This document shows, piece after piece, positions 12,968-24,900 of a stretch of 64,000 bases of DNA. A program made the translations under genes and the position numbers. This DNA is from Yuukianura sp. NJ FZ-2021 (lineage: Eukaryota), in contig CM102287.1 in NCBI GenBank assembly GCA_046563655.1, positions 3,410,001 to 3,474,000 of the forward strand, read 5' to 3'. Within the stretch, counting starts at the first letter, position 1; each line of letters begins with the position of its first letter. The notes beneath the pieces were generated by a model, which saw only the letters and a program-made list of their open reading frames with translations, was not told where the DNA came from and did no database searches.

Positions 12968-15900
12968 ATGGGGAAAGTCACTTTCTTTATTTTTGTAGTC
13001 ACAGCTTTTCTCAAAATTCAAAAAATGGAGTTTTTGGAAACCATTTCAAGTGTTGAACATCTTACTGTTCCTATGTCAAGTAACACAAGTGACATGAGTG
13101 ACGCAAGTGCAGAGGTCACGTCGAGGTCAAAGGTCAAGAGTGTCACAATCCTTGGACTGTTTGAATTGACACAAGGCGGGGTCAAGAGAGGTCACGGCGC
13201 CAGCGAAAAGTACATTCCATAACCTTTCCTATTGAATTCTAAATTATCCTAGTTGAATGAGTAGTTTGTACAGGATTTTTTAAAGTTTTAAGATTTCAAA
13301 ATTTTGAAAGCTAAACAATACGAATTGAAAAGACAATTTTTAATCAGAAATGATTGAATTTGTGTAGATTTGCTGCTGAAATGGCGTTGAAGGATATCAA
13401 TCGCAAGAGAATTTTGAAAGACTACAAACTCACTATGCTCAGCAACGACACTAAGGTATAGCAAAGTTTTTTGAAATTTATTTTTTGAATTTCAAATTTT
13501 GAAAAAATTTCAACACATAAACATTATGGAGATGACCATTCAACTGTTAGCATAAGTCTTTTTTTGAAATTTCAAAAAAAAAATTGAAGACGCTTGGCCT
13601 CATTTCGCCATACAGGTTGAAAAAAGTTGAATTTTTTTCATAAAATCGTCATAAAACTGAATGAGCAGCACGAGGTCATTTCATCTCGCTTTTCAAAGGC
13701 AAAAGTTTATTTCATGCAGGTCAAAGGTCACTATAACTCTTTTCGAAATTTCGGCTTTTTGGAATTCTACTTTTCGGAATTTTATGAACGCTTTGATAAA
13801 AATGATGAAGGAGAACATGAGGAACAGTTGGAGTTTCTGGACCGAGTTTTGCTGTAACGTTTTTGAAATTAATTTAGAAAATTAGAATTGTAGAAACTCT
13901 GTTTCAAAAACTCATTTTCTAAACATGATTCAATTTTGAAGAGAGACAGAGAAAGTGTTTTGGTCCTCTGAGGGTTCTTAATTACAAAATGGATGAATGT
14001 CACACAGCGGGATTCAAATAGGATTTTCAAAATTCTCTCGAAATTGAAGCCTTTCAACCATTTTATTTCCAAACTCATTCATATTATTTAGTAACCCAAT
14101 TTTGGAAATTTGTACAACCCATTACGTTTTTAAAACTAAAACAAAAATCAAAGGCAACAAAACCATCCTGGACAAAATCGGCTGAAACTCGGCCAAATTC
14201 GGCCGTAATTGGCTGAAAATCGGCCTAATTGGCTGAAACTCGGCCGTAATTGGCAAAAATGCGGCCTTAATTGGGAAAGAAAATTTAAGACTGCTTGTTT
14301 TTTTCTAAATTTCTGAGTGGTTGTCAAATCCTTCAACTTTTTCTCTTTCCGTGTTTCTTTTGTTGACTTTGTGTTGGAAATGTGATTCTAATTGGTGCCT
14401 TATGCTTTCTCTTCCACAGTCATTTTAGTTAGTCAGTCACTGGGAAAATTTTGGTGAAAGTGAAACCGAAACTTTGTTCCAAATGAATTTCCTGTTCAAT
14501 GTCCCAGAAAACGACGACGGGAGCGGCGCACCACGAAAGTGGCGCCGGAAAAAAAGTTCTCACATTACAAAATTCGACTCCTCGATTTTCCCTCCATTCG
14601 AACTTCCTCTTCCTTTGTCTTTTATTCCTCAAGATGAAGCGGATGCCGAAGTGTGTGGTTTCCATGACGACGCTATCTTCATCTCCCACAGATTTGAATA
14701 GACTTCAAGCACATCTTCAACTTGGGACTCCACTTGAAAGCCAAAAGTTAGGTTAAAACGTTAAACCAAAAAGAATAAGTTCAAACTCATCATCTTTTAC
14801 AAACAGAAAAACTTCATCTTCATTTTCATTTTCATTCATCTTATTTCTTTCTTTTCACCAAAATTCCAAAAATAAGTTTGTTTACTCAACAGAAACTAAT
14901 AAAAACCGAATTCTAAAATTCTACGTTCTAAAAAAGTGATAAATTTTTAGAAAAACTTGTACAGTCCAAATTCAAAATTTCAATCTACCAAAATTGAAAA
15001 TGAAAGGATGAAGCTTTCCACTTTCAAAAAAAAAAGTTGAATTTTTTGAAAATTCATGCTTTTAATTAGTAGTGCTGTTTTGGTGGAAGCTTTTTGAGCC
15101 AGTACAATCCAAAATTTTCGTAGTTTGCTACATCCAGAAAGTTTTGTACAATCTCAAAATTTGGAAAAGTGTAAAAGTTTGTGTAAACTTATATTTGTGA
15201 TTGTGATTGGTGGAGCAATTGGTGAGGTGTAAAATGAGTGTTAATTAATGAGTTTGAGTTGTTTTGGTGTTGAAACAGAAAGTTTTAGGAGTGGGGCATG
15301 TTGTGTTGCTTAGTGTTTGAAGAGGCGTATAATTGGATGTTGGATGGTTTCGAGAGAAAGTGAAGCTTAAGGTTAACCTAATGGTTAGGTTATGTTAACC
15401 TAAAGTAAAGTAAAGTGAAAGTACAGAAATCCACGTACTTTTAGTGGCATAGCATGGACCACATTCTCCACTTCCTTAATTTCCCAACCATCGTCATCCT
15501 CTCTAATCTTCCTTTCACCACATAACTATAAAAACACTTAGCAAAAACTCCCGGTCATAAACTATTATCATTTTTCACACTTTTTCTCAAAAAATGTGTG
15601 AAAAAATTTCGATGATGAAAAAAATTATGAAAAGACTGCAAAATTTGATGTGGTCAGAGTTGCGGGAGTCGCTAACTAAAAAAAACCCATAGTATATGGT
15701 TGAATAATATGATTGGTTTTTATCAAAAATTGTTGAAAATTAAAAAAAAATAGTTAGATTCAACTAAAATTTTTGGATTCTTTTGAATTACTTCATATTT
15801 TATGATTATATTTCAACTTCTGGGTAGATTTGGCTCATTTTTTGTGGTTTTTATGTATGGGTTTGTTTTATTGGTTCAAAGTTTTACTCGATTTTGTGCA

Positions 15901-18900
15901 GGTTGAGTTTTTGCAAGGGCAGCACCTCTGGTTTTAAATATTCATGCTTTTGTCAATTTCTCGATAACTTTTCCATTGTACTCACCGATTGCTTTGACTC
16001 ACTTATTCATGAACTATCATCGTCATTCTTCAGGTAAAGTCCCACTGGGAATTAAAACTCTTCTTTCTTCCCAAATCTCAAATCATGATCACAAAAATGA
16101 AAAAGAGAAAGGAAGTTGGAACTTTCATAAGCTTTTTCTTGTTCCAAAAGTACAGTTGAGCCAATCCCAAAGTAAATGTGAATGTTGAAGTGCGTTGAAG
16201 TGGAAGTGAGTGACCAAATCAAAGTGACTTTTAGTCACTGTGGTGTCATCCAAGGAGAAAATGCACAGGGAAATTGGAGAACTGAGGAAATTGGATTCAA
16301 AATGTAACGGAAATGGAAACAAAACTTGCTTCCTCTCTCCTTTCTTTGCTTTCCGACTGTAAAGTTTACTAAACCCAAATAAACCTAAGCAAACACCAAC
16401 AAAAACGAAGAAAAATCGGAAAAATGAAAAACGAAAAGGAAAATTCTTTCATTTCATTTTCAGTTTTTTCAAAAGTAAAACAAAAGAAAATCAAACAAAA
16501 GAAATTTCAGAAGAGAGATTTTTTGTTGACTTCGTTTGACTTTGTGCTTCCTGAACTTGATTGGTCAAAGAACTCATCCAATATGATTTGAAAAACTGAA
16601 TGTAAATATAAAAATTGTTATAATATAATATATTAAGTGTATTTATTCTATTTACATGTAAAGTGTGATGCTGGTGTGGGAGTTGACGCATTCTTCCATG
16701 CTCTCTACACTCAAAAAAATATCAGAATCGTTTCGCTACTGGGGTCGGCCTGCTCAGAGGTCACGGAACGCCTAGCCAAGGTCGTTCCATACTGGAACAT
16801 CATCCAGGTAACTAAATCATTCGGTATACAATTTGCCAACATTTCAATTTCGACAACGTTGCAATTTCGGCAACATTGCAATTTCGGGAACTTTGAAAAA
16901 ATTTGGCAACATTATAATTTTAGCGACATACCAATTTCGGCAACAGTGGAAAATTTTTGGCAACATTGACGTTTATCGCCAGCTTTGTAGTTTTGGCAGC
17001 GTTGCAAGTTTTGGCAACGTTGCAATTCTTGCGACTTTGCAATTTTTAAATGACATCAACACACTGCAGTACAACGTGAGGGGCAGGAAATAAAGTTACT
17101 GTTGACACATTGAAGAAAGCATCCTCATTGAACCGCCAAAGGGTGGAGAAAGGTGTTAATGAAAACTTTCTCTTCCCCTCAGCTCCCCCCTTCTCCGATG
17201 TTTACTCGGCCTCACGAGTTTCACCGAGTGGAGTGGGATTTTGGAATATGGGGTGATCACTCATATAGCTTAGGTGTAATGTGGAGAGATTTGTCTTCCC
17301 GCTATCACCGGATATATGGTGATATATGAAGGCCGATTCTGACGCTTCGATTGGCTGCTGAGGCCGATTCTGACAACCTGATTGGTTCCATATCTAAACC
17401 TACTTATAAAAACGCATTACGCGGGGGTACATGGGTTTGGCCTATCTACCTGCCCCGGCAGGCCGATTTCTTATCACTGCTGTTGACAGAAAGTGCTAAT
17501 TAAAAAGAAAGTTGCATTTGAAAAGTCAAAAGTGGCTTCGTTTCTTCCAAAATTGGAAAGCGTGGGGAAAAAAAGTGTAGCATTTCTCTCAAAAAATTTT
17601 CACCTTTGGAGTTTTGGCATTTCTCGTTAACGTTTCTTCCGCACAGCATAGTCTCTCTCAAATCAAGAGACTAGTTGGTGAATTACACATTTTGAAAATT
17701 CCACTTTTTAACAATTTTTTCAAAAACACTTTTTTTCAAACAAGACTTTCTCTTTGCCGTAACTTTTAACGAAAAGGAATTGAAAGTGCGAAAAAACGGT
17801 TCACAAAATGACAAAGCTTTCTTCACTCACCTTTGATTAAGAGCTCCACTTGCTTTCACTTTCTTCTTGTTCAATTCAATTGTATGGAGACACGGAAAGC
17901 CTTTAGCCCCACCCACCATCTTCAGTCCCACCAAAAGAGTGGGACCAACGAAACCCACTTCTCGTGGGACCAGTTCCCCCAAAATCCAATTTCCATCATG
18001 TCTGATTTGATTTTAAAGCGTTTTAAAGGCTTCTCACACTTTACTTTTGCTTTTTCAGCATCCTTTTACAAAGAAAGAGGGGGAGGGCGTGTCTCGTTGA
18101 ATTAGTACCGTATTGTCTGGCTATTAATTTTTGAAAATTAGAGAGAAAAGTAACTAATGTGGGCTTTGGTGATTATTTGGAACAATACGGTACTTTGTCC
18201 TGTTCATTAAAGCTCACTGCCCTCCTTTACTTCGAACGCCTTTGGGTATTACAAAAGCCTTTCCATGTCAACTGGAGAGTGAAAGCAAGGAATTTGTAAT
18301 GATCGGCTTCTGAACAAAAGGAAATCGCAACACGTACAAATGCGGGATTACCATAATTTGACATGAAAAGTAGCAAAAGTACGGTAAAGCTGCTTTGAGA
18401 GTATCAAAAAAATACACGCCCGAATAAATTTTCGTTTTTGGATTCTGGACCTTAACATAATTTAAAAAAAAATATACACAATATTTAAAAATAAAGTCGT
18501 TTGAAATCTGAGAAATTGCGGGAGTTGCTATTTGCGAGGATTTAGGGTAAATTTTTGATTTTTTGTATGTTTTGGCGATTTAGTTGAACATTGACGGTAA
18601 ACTTATATTGTTAAAATTTTCAAAAATTTTTATTTTTTTTTCTCGTTTTTATTTAATGAGGTATCTTACGGTTCCACTTCGCCCGCTCTGTCACACCGCA
18701 AAGAGTTCCCGCTTTTCTACCGCACTGTTTCTCCCGTATCCTCGCATAATGATGCCATTCTGTCACTCATTCGACACTTTGGATGGGACACGCTCAACTT
18801 CTTCACTCAAAATGAAAATAAATTTACAATGGTAAGTTTTTCCAAAAAGAAACTCTTTTTTAAAAATTCATAGCATTCTAAACTTCATAGCCCATCTAAT

Positions 18901-21900
18901 TTCTGGGGAATTTCTGAAATTTATTTTACTCTTTTTTGAAATCCAAAATGTCCAGAAATAAGCTGCTTTCCGGTTCATAAATTTCTGGATTGCTGTCGCT
19001 TTCCCCCAAATTTCTCTTTTCCCAGAATTTCTACTTTCTTTTCCGTTTTTCTGAAATGGTTACACTTTTTTTCGTTTTCTTCCGGGAATAATTGAAAGTT
19101 TCAATTGTGGATTGTATCTCACTTTGGGTTGTACTAAATTGAGTAGATTCGGGTTGAAATTGAAGTGGAATTTGACAGAACCAATCAGCGTTTAAGTATC
19201 ATCAATTCTCCTTTCGTCTGAGGAAGAACAGTTTTGATCAGAGGAAGTGGCGGGGAATTAGGGAGAAGGGAAGCACTTGACCTAAATAGAATGTGTCCCA
19301 ATATTTTGTGGATTGAAGTCTCATTTCAATTGAAGGGAAGAAGCCTATTAGGGAAGTCCTTAGAAGTTTCCGTTGAGAGACCCTGTTGCACCCCTTCAGG
19401 AAGTCAAGAAGGATGGGGATTAGCGGGGTAAGTACAGGCTTCACAACGGCACAAGAAAGCTCATTAGAAAAGGAGAAAGCAAAGAACTTCACAAAACATC
19501 CACAAAGAGAGGTTAAACAGAAGTACTCAAGGAGAGAAGAAAAGAGTGGGTGGAAAACGCGTGGGGGAAGAGAAAGTAAATAGTGGTGGGAAATAGGAAA
19601 AAAAAATTAGAAAATGAGAGAAGGGGAAAATTTAAAAAAAATTGGAAAGTAGTGGAAGGAAAAATTAAAAAAAAAAGAAAATTGGAAAACTAGAGCGTAG
19701 CGAAAAAAACGAATAGTTGAGAAAACGGAAAAAAAGTTGGGAAAAGTGAAAATTTTGGGGAAAACTTAACATTTTTTTGATTTCAAAAAAAATTTAGCCC
19801 ATGAACATTTTGGTGACAAACTTGGAGAAAGCCAACGTGACGGTCAAGGCCACACTAACTTTTTCCATGTCGGACTTGAGAGAACAACTGGAGTATCTCA
19901 AGGTAATTCAAAGTCGTTTTCTTAACAGTTTGTAAATTGCACTAATTTTAACTTTGTAATTAACACAAATTAAATCAATTAACTAAAGTTTAGACAATTA
20001 TAATTTCTCACCTTGTTTTTATTTGATATTTCAAAAAAAAAACTTTGAAAAATCTTTGAACTTTAACTTTGCAGGACGTGGACGCTCGAATCATAATTGC
20101 AAGTTTCAATGCTCAATTGGCTCCAACTATTTTCTGTCAGGTAAACACTTAATCTTTCTAATTAATTAAGTAATTAATTAATTATAAAATGTTAAACTAA
20201 TAACATAACCATGCACGTCATTCAAAACATTACAAATCCAACTCTTGAAATAGTCCCAAAGTAAAAGTTTTCATAAAACTCTGGAATGTTCTTGGCAGAA
20301 GTTGAGATTTTTATGAAACTTTCACTCTGCTAAACCCGAAAAAGCAAAACCTTAAAAAATGCTCTAAATTTGCCAAACCCAATATAGTTAGGCTATGAAA
20401 ACAAGGGGGTAATTTTGATTTGATTTGGAAGCCTTATTATTCCTCGTCAGTACGTGATTAGGCTAACCTAATACTAAATTCTAACCGTCAGCAGAGATTT
20501 AATGTCGTAATTTCTCCATTTGATTTGTTTTTATGGATTCAGCAAAAACAAAAGGAAAGTTGAACTTCCGTTGCGTAATAAGCTACGTTTAGGCTTTTCT
20601 CTCAAAGTTTCTGTTGTGCAGGTTACTCAACCTATAGCTTAACGTGAGGCAACCGTTGCCTAACGTATTTTTTGAATTGACTAATGGAATTAAGGTCTCC
20701 TTAGAATCCATTAATGATTCAGCTGGAGAAAGCAGTCGATGTTCTTTAGAGTCAATAAATTTCAAAGGGAAGTGAAGCGAACTTTCTCTTTTTCTGGGAG
20801 GACTCATTTCAAAACGCAATTGGAACCAACAGCATCATTTACTAAAACAAAACAACACAGAAGCTCCCCTTTTAGCTTATGTTCAGTCTACCATTAGCCT
20901 AACTTATTCCGAAACCTAACATATTCTCAATCTCAACACAAAGCTCCATAAACAATCAAATCAAACAGTTCACTTTCACCAACACAAAAGTTTGGAAAAT
21001 GAAAACACAAAAGTTCAAAAAACTTTTGCAAAACCAAACATAAATGCTGGTTCAGAACTAAATTTTAAACATTTTCAAAAACGAAACTTAAAACTGCAAA
21101 AACCAATCTTGCTCTAAAATTCAACAAAAACTGAAAAAAAAGAGATCAAATATCAAATGTGATGAATTTTGACTATTTCAAGTTAGTTTTCCAGATTCTT
21201 TTTCTTGTAGAGAAAGTTGTTGCTTGTAACTCAAAACGGCTTTTAGTAGAGGAAGTAATTTAGATTTTATGTTTTAAAAATCCTGAAATATTTTGTAAAG
21301 TTTTTGTTTAAACTAGTGAAAGAACAGCCCTTGTTTTGTCTTTTCTCTCCCCATTTTGGAATGGTAGACAAAAATGCTTTCTCTCCTCTCTTTTCTCTTT
21401 GCTTGTAAGAAATGGAAAGTTGAGTCTCCAAATCCCCTCGTGGAAGAAAGTTTTTAGAGCTGATTTACAATGTGGAATTAACTTGTCCTTTTCAATCTCC
21501 GCCTTTCACTTTCCCGCCTTCCTCCACTTACACTTTTACATGGGACACATGACATGGGACTACACTTTTCTAAGACATGTCTTTCGGGGTGTTCCAAATT
21601 TGGAAAATGGGACAAAAGTGAAAGTGAAGCGAGCTTTCACTTTGCTCAAAACTCTTTTTTGTCTTTCTGCAACAGGTTCATGAAATGGGGATGTACGGGA
21701 GAGACTATGCTTGGATCCTCATTGGGAAGCCAGAGAGGAGGTGGTGGGTGGGGGCGGAGAGGGGGAGGAAAAAAGGGGGCGGGGCGAGGAATTTGACCTT
21801 GACAGGTCAAGGTCAACCACCCCCTCAAGTGACCTGTACGCTGGACCAGTTGGGTCAAACGATGGAAAACGCCTTGATTGTGGACCGCCACAACTTCATT

Positions 21901-24900
21901 GTCAAGAGCATGACCTCCGTCTCTGGAATGGTGAGTGACCTTGACCTTTGACCCGGCGGGTCAAAAGTTGACCTTGTATGTAAAACGTCAGAAGTTGACG
22001 TTTCATCAGTTGTAGTTTGATCTGCCTTCGCCTACAGTTGACCTTTGACCTTTTGACTTTTTGACCTTCGAAATTTTAGGATGCCAGAGAGTTCAGGTCA
22101 AAGTTTCAAGGTCGAAACCTTCCAGAAAGTCCTTATGGGCCAGAAGCTTACGATGCAGTGTGGGCCATTGCTTTGGCGCTCAAAAACGTCCAGGAATTGG
22201 AAACTCAAAAACTGGAACAATTCAACTACGACAACACAAATTTTTCACGGGAATTCATGCGACAAATGAAGCTTCTAGTTTTTAATGGAATTTCGGTACA
22301 GAACTTTTCAAAAAAATTTTTTTGAAAATTGGTTTTCAAAATTTCAAATTTCCGGGTCCAACATTACATTTCAAAATTTAGGGTCCAATATCATTTTCTG
22401 GAGGAGATCGTATTGGCGTCACTTCCTTTTCACAAGTTCAAGGTGAATTTTCCAACTTTTTTTTTGTACCTCTCATGAAAATCAAAATTTTGAAAATTTT
22501 TCAAACAAGGTAGGGCAATGCTCAAGGGTTGAGCATAGGTCTTCTGGAGTGAGTCGACAATTGATGCGACTTAAACCGGCCTGCCTCAAAACTGTAGAAG
22601 AACTGAGAAACCGTTTTCATGTAGCTGATGCACCAAAACGTCGCTTAAAATTTTCAGTGCGGATGTAAGGTCCTATTTTGTGCATGAGTTGCACCAAAAT
22701 GGTACTCTATTAGGTTACACTCTGCACGAAAATTGTCTTGGGAATTTTACAGTTTAATTGCACCAGAATCATCTTTCAGTTTTGAGGCACATAATATCAG
22801 CACTGAATTGATGTTGTTAATTTGTTGAGCAAGACACACACAACGTATTATGGATGTTGCCATGGTAATGTATTAGTTGCGAACAGCGTTTATTTAACTG
22901 CATAAAAATGTTGTTCAAGTCGGGCTCATATTTCACACTGCTCAAAATTATTTTGATGCACAATCGTTGTCAAGCACGCACAAACTTCCAGTTGAGTGCA
23001 TCATGCACAAAGTTGAACGTTGTGGGGGGGAGGCGAAAGCCGTTTCCTAAAAATCAAAATTGGTTCATGTAAATGCACAATTCAACGTTTATGTATCCCT
23101 ATTGGTGTTAAGTGTGCAACATGCACAAGAATGAGCGCTGGGGTGAGGGGTCGAATATCAATTGTTAAAATCGAAATTATAAAAATTTCTAGTAAATGGA
23201 AATTTGACCCCTGTCATGCACTATTCACATATTAAACATTTAAGCCGGATTTTCTACCCTCTAATAAGTCTCAATTTAACAACGTAAGTTAACATATTGT
23301 CAGAAAATGAGCAGATCAAAACATCGTTGTTAAAAAATATTTTGAGTGTAATGCAGACATAACACAAAATTTTGACGACTTAAGAAACAGCAACGCGAAG
23401 CAGCCGCATACTTTGGCGTTGTTAATGTACGACTTTGAGTGCAATGTAGACCTATGAAAACTCTAGAGCCATACATAACCCCCGGGCAACATGGAGCTTG
23501 AGTTTTAGTGCAAAAGATACTAAAAAAGCGAACGGACAGACAAAGTCGTATCAATAGTCTTCTTCAGCACGTCGTAGACGTGCGTCTCCAGAAGACTAAA
23601 ATGTGTGATTGTGCAAATTTCGGCAGAGAAGAAGGTGGCTCTGGTTGGTCTGTTCTTTCCTACTCATGGAAACCTTAGTCTGGGAACATGCGTAGGATGT
23701 TCGCGTCTGCGTTGGCATGGCAACCAAGTGCCAATCTCCAGGCGCGAATTCCGGTTCAAATTGATTCATGTTACCACAAGGACATATCTGGGCGTTGCCA
23801 TGGTTTCCACATTTGGAATCCTCATGGCCATCTCCTTTCTCATTTTCAACCTGTACAATCGAAAGCTCAAGTAAGAGCATTGCAAAACTTGAATTTCTTA
23901 GAATTTTGAAATTTTCAAAATTTTGAAACTTTGAATTTTGAAAAGATACATCAAACTTTCATCTCCAAGGCTCAACAACATTTTAATCATCGGTTCAATC
24001 TTTGCCTACGTCGCAGTAATCCTGCTTGGGACAGAAGATGAAAACGAACAGGATTTTGCTTACGTTTGTACCGTAAGTCCTTTTGTTTTTCAAAAACACT
24101 TCAACAAAAAAAAAATTTTTTTTGAAAAATCCTTTTGTTCAAAATTTAGTTTTGTTTGAACATGATTTGATTTGTGTTCCAGATCAGAGCCTATTTACTT
24201 TCGACTGGATTTTCTTTAGCCTTTGGTGCAATGTTTGCCAAAACCTATCGAGTTCATCGCATTTTCACTAGAAGTTGCATTGGAATTGTCAAAAATAAGG
24301 TAAAGCGTGCTTTCTAGAACTTTTTGAAAAAAAAAATTCGAAAAAGGAGTGGAAACATTTTGATTTTTTGAAGGGCTTCACAAGTGGGCCCTTAGAACCT
24401 AAAGCCCGCTTTCTCTTCTTTTGTGCAAAAAAGTGCACAAGAAGCCATTTCTTTACTGTTGATTACACTTGAAGAGAAAGTGGCGGAAAAGCTTTGACTT
24501 TTATTTCACTACAACTTTTTCAAAAAAGTTGGTTTTTTGAGAAACTTTTTTTCATTTTTTATGAAACGGTATTTTTTTTTACCGTTCCGTACTTGTAGTA
24601 GAAGTAGGAGAATTCTGAATCGGTTGGGATATTGTGGGTGGAGTTCCGGTATTGCTTCGAGTCGTTTCAATTCCGTGACCTTGACCTCGACGGTGACCTT
24701 TGACCTGAGGTCGAAATTTGAGTAGCACAACAGTGACTATGTGTGTCATGATGAAAATGTTCAAGGAAGTGACTACGAGGAAGCACTTGATTGGAATAGA
24801 GTGAGTCAGAGAGTAGGCAATTGGCAATACAAAGCCAGACAAAGTGACAACTCCGGAAGTGACGACTGAAACTAACCACAGACGGAACCACCAACCATAC

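Noticed and set aside
14524..14547. GC-rich GAAA-tetraloop hairpin (CGGCGCACCACGAAAGTGGCGCCG)
   Set aside because: No CTGATGA hammerhead core or other ncRNA hallmarks nearby; one hairpin is not enough evidence.
19480..19790. Long A/G-rich tract in a GABA-B-R3 intron
   Set aside because: Low-complexity sequence without defined units or element boundaries.
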